Below, piece by piece: positions 28,318-37,615 of a DNA stretch of 64,000 nt; position 1 is the stretch's first letter; each line of letters begins with the position of its first letter. Origin of the DNA: a virus. The notes under the pieces were generated by a model, which was given only the letters and a program-made list of their open reading frames with translations, had not been told where the DNA came from and did not search any database. The stretch lies in IMG/VR virus record IMGVR_UViG_3300028581_000012; one strand, given 5' to 3'. The position numbers were made by a program, and so were the translations under genes.

Positions 28318-29749
28318 TACAATACACAGTTTAGGTAGTAGATGTCAAAATTCTGAAATTTTGAAACATTACAACTATAGAGAGTTTTCTGGATTTTTTG
28401 ATTTTATGAACACATCTAAAATTGAAATTATAAACCATATAATTGCCGATGATTTTAAAGAATTATTAAAACCTGAAAATAATGTGACCGTTGAATGTAA
28501 CGTATTGACAATCGACCCAGAAACCGGAGTTCGCTTACCAAACTCCTTAAGAACGGCAAATCGTTTTTATGATGAAACTGTAAGTATGGACAACGCATTA
28601 TTTCCGCACCACAACTTAAATAATGAAAAAGATAAAAGTCATTTTATTAAGTGCCACCAAAGATTTAAAAAATTAGTTAATTTTAATACATTATTCAATT
28701 ACACATACAATACTTGGGAAAATGCACCAACAATTCAACAACTAGAAAAAATGGTTGGGTTGTTACAAACTGTTCATAATTTCAAAAACTTTAAAGTTTG
28801 TTTTATTGCCATTAAGACTACCTATGATAAAGGTGCCACTTTGGTTAAAACAACTGAATTTTATGACATTTGGGAATTAAATATTCAACCAAATAGTTTT
28901 ACAGGGGGATTGTTTTTAAATGAAATAGATAACAACAACTACATAAACATCATCAAATCTTACGATATTGAAGATGTTAGAGTTTCTAAAGAAGTTATTG
29001 ACTCAATTCCAAATATATCAAATGAAGTCAAATATGATAGTTGGCCAATTGGTCGGGTACCAAAACACATGCAAAGACCGGAGTTAGACCAATTAAAAGA
29101 ATTAGGGTATAATTGGGCGGACCCTAGAGATGTGATTGACATTTTTGAAACTAAAGTCGCCAATTTTGCCGGTTGCAAATATGCGGTAACGGTTGATTGT
29201 TGTTCTCACGGATTATTTTTAGCTTTAAAATATTTACAATCGATTGGTGAGCTAGAAAAAGACTCTACCCTTACCATACCAAAAATGACATACATTTCCG
29301 CACCTATGCAAATCATACAAGCAGGAAATAAAGTAGAATTCGAAGACTTGGAGTGGTCCGGTGTTTACCAACTTAAAGGTTCTAGAGTTTGGGATGGTGC
29401 GGTTAGATGGACCAAAAATATGTATGTTGGGGGTAATGCATTACAAATAGTATCATTCCAATTAAAAAAAAGAGTACCAATAGGTAAAGGTGGTATTATT
29501 TTAACCGATAGTTTAGAGTCTTATAAATGGCTCAAATTGGCCTCATATGACGGTAGAGATTTAACAACACCATATACCGATGAAAACCATATTAAAATGC
29601 TTGGGTATCACATGTATATGACACCAGAAGATGCCGCTAGAGGTATTATTTTAATGGATAACGTTCCGAACGTTAATGAAGATACCGGAAATCACACAAC
29701 ATATGTTGATGCAAGTAAAGTGTTTTCCAAGCTTGACTTATTAAAATAA
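28307..29749 (+). CDS. Fusion: DUF1796-like N-domain + compact DegT/DnrJ/EryC1 PLP sugar aminotransferase
   Basis: SLGSRC...L....R..S..FD (N-domain); FE..VA...G.KYAV, TY.S, DGA, SFQLKK..P.G.GG.I.TD (C-domain). Confidence 0.75.
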   Translation: MKFNTIHSLGSRCQNSEILKHYNYREFSGFFDFMNTSKIEIINHIIADDFKELLKPENNVTVECNVLTIDPETGVRLPNSLRTANRFYDETVSMDNALFPHHNLNNEKDKSHFIKCHQRFKKLVNFNTLFNYTYNTWENAPTIQQLEKMVGLLQTVHNFKNFKVCFIAIKTTYDKGATLVKTTEFYDIWELNIQPNSFTGGLFLNEIDNNNYINIIKSYDIEDVRVSKEVIDSIPNISNEVKYDSWPIGRVPKHMQRPELDQLKELGYNWADPRDVIDIFETKVANFAGCKYAVTVDCCSHGLFLALKYLQSIGELEKDSTLTIPKMTYISAPMQIIQAGNKVEFEDLEWSGVYQLKGSRVWDGAVRWTKNMYVGGNALQIVSFQLKKRVPIGKGGIILTDSLESYKWLKLASYDGRDLTTPYTDENHIKMLGYHMYMTPEDAARGIILMDNVPNVNEDTGNHTTYVDASKVFSKLDLLK

Positions 29750-29781
29750 AAGAACTAAAAATATAAAAATAAAAACAAAAA

Positions 29782-30768
29782 ATGAAAAAAGCATTTATCA
29801 CAGGAATTAATGGACAAGATGGTTCATATTTAACTGAATATCTTTTAGAATTAGGATATGAAGTGCACGGAATTATAAGAAGAAATTCAAGTGTAGAATC
29901 ACAACAAAGTAGGTTTTCAGATGAGGTAAGAAACAAAGTCAATATTCACTACGGAGATTTATTAGACCAAGGCGGATTAGAAAAGTTATTAGACCAAATC
30001 CAACCAGATGAAATCTATAATCTTGCCGCTCAAAGCCATGTTAGAATTAGTTTTGATATCCCACAATTTACCGTTCAAACAAATGCGATTGGTATCTTAA
30101 ACATATTAGAAGCCTACAGACGTTCATGTCCAACTGCTAAATTCTATCAAGCCAGCTCTTCTGAAATGTTTGGAAATTCGGTTGACTCCGATGGGTTCCA
30201 AAGAGAAACAACACCAATGAATCCTGTATCCCCTTATGGTTGTTCTAAAGTATTTGGATATAATATTGTTAGGAACTATAGAAACGCATACAATCTACAC
30301 GCCTGTAACGGTATTCTTTTCAACCACGAATCCCCAAGACGTGGTTCTAATTTTGTTACAAATAAAGTTGTTAAAACTGCGGTAGAAATCAAATTAGGTT
30401 TAACTAACAAATTAGAATTAGGTAATATGGATTCATATAGAGATTGGGGTCACTCAAAAGATTATGTAAGGGCTATGCACATGATAGTCAACCACGAAAA
30501 TCCTGATGATTTTGTTGTTTCAACAATGACTACACACTCCGTAAGAGAAATGGTTGAATATGTATTTAAAAAACTTGATTTGGACTATACAAAATATGTA
30601 ACTCAAAATGAAAAGTTTTTAAGGTCAGAGGAGTTAAAATACTTAAAAGGAGACTCCACAAAAATTAGAACAGTTTTAGGATGGGAACCAGAATATAGTT
30701 TTGAATCATTAATGGATAACATGATTGATGGGTGGATGGAGAAACTATTGAACAAAAAAATATTATAA
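29782..30768 (+). CDS. gmd: GDP-mannose 4,6-dehydratase
   Basis: ITGINGQDGSYL, NLAAQSHV, YQASSSE, SPYG.SK, ILFNHESPRRG..FVT, RDWGH. Confidence 0.97.
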   Translation: MKKAFITGINGQDGSYLTEYLLELGYEVHGIIRRNSSVESQQSRFSDEVRNKVNIHYGDLLDQGGLEKLLDQIQPDEIYNLAAQSHVRISFDIPQFTVQTNAIGILNILEAYRRSCPTAKFYQASSSEMFGNSVDSDGFQRETTPMNPVSPYGCSKVFGYNIVRNYRNAYNLHACNGILFNHESPRRGSNFVTNKVVKTAVEIKLGLTNKLELGNMDSYRDWGHSKDYVRAMHMIVNHENPDDFVVSTMTTHSVREMVEYVFKKLDLDYTKYVTQNEKFLRSEELKYLKGDSTKIRTVLGWEPEYSFESLMDNMIDGWMEKLLNKKIL

Positions 30769-30769
30769 T

Positions 30770-31504
30770 ATGACAAGAAAAAAAACAACAACAGATGAAC
30801 CTGTTATACCGCAGTCTTTTACAAAAAAAGACTTTATTAATTCAGTAATAAAAAGAAAACAAAAAAGTAAATTTTTATCTGATAACCAAAAAGACTACTA
30901 CGACATATTAGTAAGTAGTCAAATTACAATTTGTTCAGGTCCTGCAGGTGTTGGTAAAAGTTACATAGCAATGAAAGCTGCTGTTGATTTACTTATGGAC
31001 CCAACTAACACTTACGAAAAAATTATAATTGTAAGGCCGGCGGTTGAAGCAGAAGAAAAGTTAGGTAGTTTACCTGGTAATTTGGAAGAAAAATTGGACC
31101 CATATATTTTTCCATCTTATTACCTATTAAATAAAATTATTGGGAAAGATACAAGAGAAAAACTAAAAGAGGCTGAAATTATTGAAGTGTTTGCATTGGC
31201 ATATATGCGAGGAATGAATATCGATAATTCTATTTTAATTTTTGAAGAAGCACAAAATGCAACCCCAAACCAAATTAAATTACTATTGACAAGGATTGGT
31301 TATAATAGTAAATTTTTTATATCGGGGGATTTAGAACAAACTGACCGATATAAAGATAAAAAACAATCAGGGTTATACGACGCACTTCAAAGGTTTCAAA
31401 ATGTTAATGACATTGGTATATATGACTTTAGAAATGCTAAAAACGTTAGAAATCCACTTATTGGTAAAATTCTAGAAAGGTATGACGAAGAAAATCGGGA
31501 TTGA
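30770..31504 (+). CDS. phoH: PhoH-family ATPase
   Basis: GPAGVGKS, RPAVE...LG.LPG...EK..PY, AYMRG, EEAQN, LTRIG, GD..Q.D. Confidence 0.95.
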   Translation: MTRKKTTTDEPVIPQSFTKKDFINSVIKRKQKSKFLSDNQKDYYDILVSSQITICSGPAGVGKSYIAMKAAVDLLMDPTNTYEKIIIVRPAVEAEEKLGSLPGNLEEKLDPYIFPSYYLLNKIIGKDTREKLKEAEIIEVFALAYMRGMNIDNSILIFEEAQNATPNQIKLLLTRIGYNSKFFISGDLEQTDRYKDKKQSGLYDALQRFQNVNDIGIYDFRNAKNVRNPLIGKILERYDEENRD

Positions 31505-32132
31505 AGTTAATGGTGTTTTAAGAAATACTTTAGGTAAAATACGCCAAACTTATGAAAAATTTATGATTGAAAATAATTCCGAAGAAAAAACATTTATGTT
31601 GGATTCATCGGGAAATACTGAATCTATTGTTGAAAATGAATCTTTTGAATATAAGTTATTAGAAAATGTGGACAGTTTAAATTTGATGTCCCATTTTGCC
31701 TTTAAATCAGAAGACGAATTATATGATTTTTTATATCAAGAGTTTGCAATGCAAATTTTTGGTCATGCTGAATCTACAGAGATGCATACTTTTCATACAC
31801 TAAATGATGTTTATATTAAATATAGAAACAGTAATGACTTTTTAATATTGTCAGATGAAATAGGTAAATCAAAACCGGCAACTCTTTTCTTTTTATCAAA
31901 GTTTGGATGTCAATTAGAAAAAGTAAAATTTTATTCAGATACAACTAAAAACTCCATATGGGATGAGGTTGATATTTTAATAACCGCAAACCCAAACTTA
32001 ATTGATGAACACCCATCAGATAAAGTTATAATTAAATTTAAAACTGATTATAACAAAAAAAATAAATCAAAACACGAAATCAGTTCACTTGGTGAGTTAG
32101 ATGAATGTTTACAAAAATTAGGAATATGTTAG
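31482..32132 (+). CDS. HAD-fold 5'(3')-nucleotidase-like protein, catalytic motif degenerate
   Basis: IGIEVNGVLRN resembles I.ID.DGVL.D; DILI and YN motifs later. Confidence 0.5.
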   Translation: MTKKIGIEVNGVLRNTLGKIRQTYEKFMIENNSEEKTFMLDSSGNTESIVENESFEYKLLENVDSLNLMSHFAFKSEDELYDFLYQEFAMQIFGHAESTEMHTFHTLNDVYIKYRNSNDFLILSDEIGKSKPATLFFLSKFGCQLEKVKFYSDTTKNSIWDEVDILITANPNLIDEHPSDKVIIKFKTDYNKKNKSKHEISSLGELDECLQKLGIC

Positions 32133-32407
32133 AATTTTTAGGAGAACAGTATTATATTGACGTACAAGAAATTGATAATAAAATAGCAATCCCATATACG
32201 TTAGAATCAATTGAGATTGATGGTCAAAATGAACCACATATAAGTGTTGCAAAGTGGGAAGTATATAAAAATTTAATAGATGTTATATTATCAGAAAGAG
32301 AAGAACTTGATGAAAATTTGGGTATTCACAGTGCTAAAAATTTATCAATCCCTTTTAAGTTTGCATTTAATACACTATTAATAAACAACATAATAAAAAA
32401 GTTATAA
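32126..32407 (+). CDS. Hypothetical protein
   Basis: ORF track; start more likely ATG 32126, coupled to the upstream stop. Confidence 0.65.
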   Translation: MLEFLGEQYYIDVQEIDNKIAIPYTLESIEIDGQNEPHISVAKWEVYKNLIDVILSEREELDENLGIHSAKNLSIPFKFAFNTLLINNIIKKL

Positions 32408-32410
32408 AAA

Positions 32411-33475
32411 ATGGAATTAGACAAAATCAAAAAAATCGAAACCTCGGTTGAAAAACTTGGGGACAAATCTGCTAGAATTTATTTTTTAGTACAGGATACT
32501 AAAGGAAATCCTAAAGCGGGTATTGCTTACATTTATCAAATGGCAATGTCATTAAGAAATAAAGGATTTAATGTGAAAATGATTCACGAAACAAAAGACT
32601 ACCAAGGAGTTGAAGAATGGTTAGGAAAAGAGTATATGGAAATTGAACATTTACCTATTGAAGGTCAGAACCTTCCAATTTCACCTGAAGACTTTGTTGT
32701 TATTCCTGAGCTATACGCTCACGTTATGGAACAATTAAAGAACTATCCTTGTGGTAAATTAGTATTATGTCAAGCTTATGATTATATGTTGGAAACATTA
32801 CCTCCTGGTATTTCTTGGGCTAATTATGGATTTATAAAATGTATTACAACATCTGAATTCCAAAAAGAATATATTCGTTCAGTATTTAAAAACGTTAGTG
32901 TTGATATTGTTGAACCTGTTGTTTCTGAAATTTTCACAAAAAAAGAAAAACCTTCTAAACCAATCGTTTCTATTCATTGTAGAGAACCAAGAGATACTGC
33001 AAAAATCATTAAAAGTTTCTATATGAAATATCCACAATATAGATGGTTTACTTTTCGTGATATGAAAAACATTAGTCAAACAGACTTTTCTAAATTTTTA
33101 AAAGAGTCTTTTGTATCTGTTTGGATTGATAGAGAATCTGGATTTGGTACTTTCCCAATTGAAAGTATGATTTCAAATACACCGGTAATTGGTGTGGTTC
33201 CAAACTTAAAACCTGATTGGATGAATGAAAATAATGGTGTTTGGACTTACTCTTTTAATGAGGTTATTGATATTTTGGCAAACTTTTCACAAAACTGGCT
33301 TGAAGATAATATTAGTGAAGATTTATACACTAATATGACTGAAACGGGAGAAAAGTTTCAAAACAAACCTTTGTTTGATGAAAAAGTGGAAACATTATTT
33401 AATGAATATTTTCAAGTAAGAAAAGAAATGTTTAGTCAACAATTGGAAAAATTAAAAATAACTGAAGAAAATTAA
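32411..33475 (+). CDS. GT-B glycosyltransferase-like protein
   Basis: P.AG...IY, DFVVIPE, ESGFGTFPIESM...TPVIG. Confidence 0.75.
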   Translation: MELDKIKKIETSVEKLGDKSARIYFLVQDTKGNPKAGIAYIYQMAMSLRNKGFNVKMIHETKDYQGVEEWLGKEYMEIEHLPIEGQNLPISPEDFVVIPELYAHVMEQLKNYPCGKLVLCQAYDYMLETLPPGISWANYGFIKCITTSEFQKEYIRSVFKNVSVDIVEPVVSEIFTKKEKPSKPIVSIHCREPRDTAKIIKSFYMKYPQYRWFTFRDMKNISQTDFSKFLKESFVSVWIDRESGFGTFPIESMISNTPVIGVVPNLKPDWMNENNGVWTYSFNEVIDILANFSQNWLEDNISEDLYTNMTETGEKFQNKPLFDEKVETLFNEYFQVRKEMFSQQLEKLKITEEN

Positions 33476-33479
33476 AAAT

Positions 33480-34292
33480 ATGGAAAACTTAGAAAAATTA
33501 GATGTATCGGTAATTTTACCAATAGATTCGGCAAAAAATGTAATGTTCAATGATTTATTTAATCGAGCAATCATTTCAATTCAATCACAAACTAAACCAA
33601 TTAATGAACTTGTAATTGTACATTCAGGAGAAGAGTTGTTGAAAAATACACTTGATAATTTTGATTTCAGTGGTCTTACTGTGACATTAGTTGAAAACGA
33701 AAATGAATTTGATTTTTGTTCACAGATTAATATTGGAGTAAAACACGCTAAAAGTAGTTGGATTTCCATTTTAGAATTTGACGACGAGTATTCAACAATT
33801 TGGTTTAAAAACTTTGATAGATATGAAAAGGCTTATCCTGAGGTAGATGCGTTTTTACCAATTGTAATTGACACAGACGAGAAAGGAGTATTTGTTGGGT
33901 TTACTAATGAAGCAACATTTGCAGTAAGTATGAATTCAGAAATTGGTTATTTAAATAATGACACATTATTAAATTATCAAAACTTCCAATCAAGTGGAAT
34001 GGTTATTAGAAAATCAGTATTTGAAGATAACGGAGGTTTTAAACCAAGTATGAAATTAACATTTGTTTATGAATACCTTTTAAGATTGACATATAATTCT
34101 GTTAAAATTATGACAATCCCAAGAATTGGGTACAAACATATGAACTTAAGACCAGGTTCAATATTTTGGAAATACAAAAACGGAGAAAATAAAATTACAG
34201 ATGATGAGGTATCTTTTTGGATTGAGTCGGCCAAAAAAGAACATTTCTTTACGACCGATAGAAACATAAAATTTGAACCGCAAAGTGTATAA
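33480..34292 (+). CDS. GT2-like glycosyltransferase
   Basis: VSVILP, N.GV..A...WISILEFDD, Y...LRL. Confidence 0.75.
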   Translation: MENLEKLDVSVILPIDSAKNVMFNDLFNRAIISIQSQTKPINELVIVHSGEELLKNTLDNFDFSGLTVTLVENENEFDFCSQINIGVKHAKSSWISILEFDDEYSTIWFKNFDRYEKAYPEVDAFLPIVIDTDEKGVFVGFTNEATFAVSMNSEIGYLNNDTLLNYQNFQSSGMVIRKSVFEDNGGFKPSMKLTFVYEYLLRLTYNSVKIMTIPRIGYKHMNLRPGSIFWKYKNGENKITDDEVSFWIESAKKEHFFTTDRNIKFEPQSV

Positions 34293-35035
34293 TGTTTTTG
34301 GAGGAGACAAACCCCAACAATTTAGAAGAAAAGCAAAAGACAGAAAAAAAAAGTAAAAATTATTTTGATGTTAGAGAGGAAGAGGCGGTGAAAAATTATA
34401 TCACCGCCGAAACCCAATTAGAAAAAGAAGAAATATATAATAAATTTCTTAAAGAACCGTTAGATAAAATGATTGAATCTATTATCAGACGTTATAAGTT
34501 ATATCGAAAAGATATGGAGTATAGGGATTTACACACTGATACGCATTCTTTTTTGATAACTAAAGTGGATAAGTTTAAACCTGCTAAAAACAAAAAAGCG
34601 TATTCATACTTTGGTACTATTTGTAAAAATTACCTTATGGGTCAAATACAAAAAGACCAAAAGGAAACAAATAGAAGGGTGTCTTACGAAGATATATCAG
34701 CAACATTAGAAAATAGACCAGATATGGTTTATTATTTAGAATTTGAGAAAATGGATGCTGAAAAAATTATTGATATATTTCTTAATGACCTGAAAGAACA
34801 TGTAAAAACAACTTCAATGCATGATGGTGAGTATAAGTTGGGAAGCGCACTCATTGAATTATTTGAAAATTATGGTAACATTTTTATAGGAAATGATAAT
34901 AATAAGTTCAATAAAAATATTGTTTTATTATCACTTCGTGAAATGACAAATCTTTCAACAAAAGAAATAAGAACATACTTAAAAAAATATAAAGTTTTAT
35001 ATTTAAGTACCATTAGAAGAATAAATAATAATTAA
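34292..35035 (+). CDS. Late-transcription sigma factor (T4 gp55-like)
   Basis: KNYF, KF.P....KAYSYFGTICKNYL (sigma region 2, gp55-like); no region 4 evident. Confidence 0.75.
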   Translation: MFLEETNPNNLEEKQKTEKKSKNYFDVREEEAVKNYITAETQLEKEEIYNKFLKEPLDKMIESIIRRYKLYRKDMEYRDLHTDTHSFLITKVDKFKPAKNKKAYSYFGTICKNYLMGQIQKDQKETNRRVSYEDISATLENRPDMVYYLEFEKMDAEKIIDIFLNDLKEHVKTTSMHDGEYKLGSALIELFENYGNIFIGNDNNKFNKNIVLLSLREMTNLSTKEIRTYLKKYKVLYLSTIRRINNN

Positions 35036-35055
35036 AATTTATCTATTTATTTAGT

Positions 35056-35424
35056 ATGGATAGAAAAAGAAAAAAAGAAATTGCACTTAATAAAGACTCC
35101 GTTTTAGGTCTTATGCAAGAAATATATAACGAACTCGTTGAGCAAAGGTCGACAGCCATACGAATTCAAAATAAAATGTTAGCTCTTCTAAAAGATGCCG
35201 AAGATATGACGGTTATTGGTCCTGTCATTAAAGAACAACAAAAAATTATTAACGACACTATTGAGAAAAAACTTAGTTTGTCAAAACTTCAATCAACTAT
35301 TTGGGAAAAATCAAACAACGCCAAAGAAGATAACTTTTCGTTGTCTGATATGGATGAAACCGTATTACAAAGTTTAATTCAAAAAGACGTTAGTCAAAAT
35401 AATAATAATGATTTTACACTCTAA
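35056..35424 (+). CDS. Hypothetical coiled-coil protein
   Basis: ORF track; late motif 4 nt upstream. Confidence 0.65.
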   Translation: MDRKRKKEIALNKDSVLGLMQEIYNELVEQRSTAIRIQNKMLALLKDAEDMTVIGPVIKEQQKIINDTIEKKLSLSKLQSTIWEKSNNAKEDNFSLSDMDETVLQSLIQKDVSQNNNNDFTL

Positions 35425-35427
35425 AAA

Positions 35428-37410
35428 ATGGCTAATTTAGATATTAATAAAGGTTACTCGGACGCTAAAAGTAAAATCAGTGCATACCAAACTGTAAAAC
35501 AAAGTAAGGAAGACGATAATAAACAACAGAAAGAAAAAACAAAAGCCAATACTGACAAAAAGAAAAGTGAGGTTCAAAAAAGTATCAACGATTTAAAGAA
35601 AGGGGCTAGCGACAAAAAAAAAGAAATTAAAAATGAAGTTAAAAATCAATTAGAACAACTTTTAGATTTATTTAAATCAACTCTACCAAGTGGTGGGGGT
35701 TCATCATTAAAAGTTTTAACTAATGTATTTCTTCAAGCAGCAAATAACACAAAACCTAGAATACAAGAAGCTCTTGTTAGTGAAATTGTAACAACTATTG
35801 GTTGTTCAGAAGAACAAGCGTACACTCCAAACCAACCAATATATATTAAAGTTAATCAGGTAGATTTATTTAAGATATTAAAATACTCTCCTGATGACGA
35901 AGATTACAAGTTTCAATACGAAAAAAATACAACAAACAATGGTTCAACACCTTATGCAATGAACCAACAATTATATAAAAGATTACAAAATCCTTCACAA
36001 TCGTTTTTACAAGATACTACGGGTGGTAATGGTCAAACATATAAAGGAGCATCGGCATCACAAATTTTTGATATACAATATGTACAAAATTATTTGGGTC
36101 CGAATAACCTTCAGGTTACTGGGGACTTTTTCAAAGTTACTCTTAATAATCAGGCAAATAATAGAACTACTGTTACAGATTTTTTACAAGATTATTACAC
36201 AAGTATTGATGTTATGCCTTTTGATAATTTAGCAGTTAATTTAAAAAATATGTTAAGTGGTTCATTTGATTTTTCGGCCGGATTATCAAGTGACCAATTA
36301 AGGGAAGAGTCTAAATTTGAAAAAGTTTTAAAAAGAATAATGGGGATTTGTGAAGACCCAAACAAAAAAATCGATGTTGCAGGGACTTCCAAACTAAGTG
36401 ATGTGGATGAAATTGATGATTCTTTCTTTGATGTTACAAATCAAGAATTGATGTCTATTGAACAAAAAATAAACAACACACTCAATGGTGTTGTTGAATA
36501 CGAAGGGTGTGAAGGTATTAAATTACCTATTAATGTTTTGGCAGATAGAAAATCACAAGAAGAAATTGTAAATGAAAACTCAGATAATGCAAAAATTGAA
36601 AAATTTGAAAAGTCTTTAGATAATATGGCAAATGACCCAAAATGGAAATCATTAGTTCCGGGTCTTGGTTTAGATTTAAATATAAAGTCACTTTTACAAA
36701 GTAATATAATTTTAGGACTACCTTTGATGGTTCTTAAAACCATTTTATCACCAAAAGTTATGTTAGGGTTTTTAATTATGGTTAAAGCAATTAAAAATGA
36801 AATATCAGAAAAGTTAGACGACGCATTTGATGACCTAACAAATTTTATGAAAACCTTTAAAAAGTTTATTTTAAACTTTATGAAAAAAATCACATCCATA
36901 TTTGTTGAAGAACTTTTTAAAATTTTAAAAAAACAAATTAAAGTGTTAGTAGAAACAATACTTTTAGAAATAATTAAAGAGGCTAAAAATAAACAAATTA
37001 GTATGTACGCAAATATTGTATATATACTTTTAGTGATTGGTCAGGGGGTTGTAGATTTTAGAAACTGTAAAAGTGTTATTGATGAAATATTAAAATTATT
37101 GAATCTTGGTCTTTCACAATTAAATTTGGGATTACCTCAGTTTATTTTAGCTGGGTCTTCTTTATTAGGTGGTGTATCTGATACAAGAGCATTTTCAAAT
37201 GTTGTTGAAAAACTACAGAGTCAAGGTCTACCAACCGGAGCGGCCCCTGACGGTGGTCCAAACTTTATGAATATGTCTATGATGTCTTTAATTAAAGGAA
37301 TGAATCAAGAACAGGCGGAAAATGGTAAAGCTGAAATTTTTATTCCACCATTGACTATGACACCGGCTGGTATAACTTTACCTTCAAAAGGATATGGAAA
37401 AGCACTCTAA
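35428..37410 (+). CDS. Hypothetical protein (probable virion/baseplate-associated)
   Basis: ORF track; late operon with the gp5-like gene. Confidence 0.65.
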   Translation: MANLDINKGYSDAKSKISAYQTVKQSKEDDNKQQKEKTKANTDKKKSEVQKSINDLKKGASDKKKEIKNEVKNQLEQLLDLFKSTLPSGGGSSLKVLTNVFLQAANNTKPRIQEALVSEIVTTIGCSEEQAYTPNQPIYIKVNQVDLFKILKYSPDDEDYKFQYEKNTTNNGSTPYAMNQQLYKRLQNPSQSFLQDTTGGNGQTYKGASASQIFDIQYVQNYLGPNNLQVTGDFFKVTLNNQANNRTTVTDFLQDYYTSIDVMPFDNLAVNLKNMLSGSFDFSAGLSSDQLREESKFEKVLKRIMGICEDPNKKIDVAGTSKLSDVDEIDDSFFDVTNQELMSIEQKINNTLNGVVEYEGCEGIKLPINVLADRKSQEEIVNENSDNAKIEKFEKSLDNMANDPKWKSLVPGLGLDLNIKSLLQSNIILGLPLMVLKTILSPKVMLGFLIMVKAIKNEISEKLDDAFDDLTNFMKTFKKFILNFMKKITSIFVEELFKILKKQIKVLVETILLEIIKEAKNKQISMYANIVYILLVIGQGVVDFRNCKSVIDEILKLLNLGLSQLNLGLPQFILAGSSLLGGVSDTRAFSNVVEKLQSQGLPTGAAPDGGPNFMNMSMMSLIKGMNQEQAENGKAEIFIPPLTMTPAGITLPSKGYGKAL

Positions 37411-37615
37411 ATTATCATCTGAAAAAGTATTGGAAATTTTATCAGAGTATAAAAAAACACCAAATAAAGATTTGATTGCGGTTTTAGATTTTCTATATGA
37501 AGATTTTGAAAAAACAAAAGACCTAATTATTAAATTAACCAATCATTTGGATACAACGGAAAATAGTTACAACAAAATTTTAGAAGAAATAAATAAAAGA
37601 ACAAATCAATTTTAA
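37394..37615 (+). CDS. Hypothetical protein
   Basis: ORF track. Confidence 0.6.
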   Translation: MEKHSKLSSEKVLEILSEYKKTPNKDLIAVLDFLYEDFEKTKDLIIKLTNHLDTTENSYNKILEEINKRTNQF

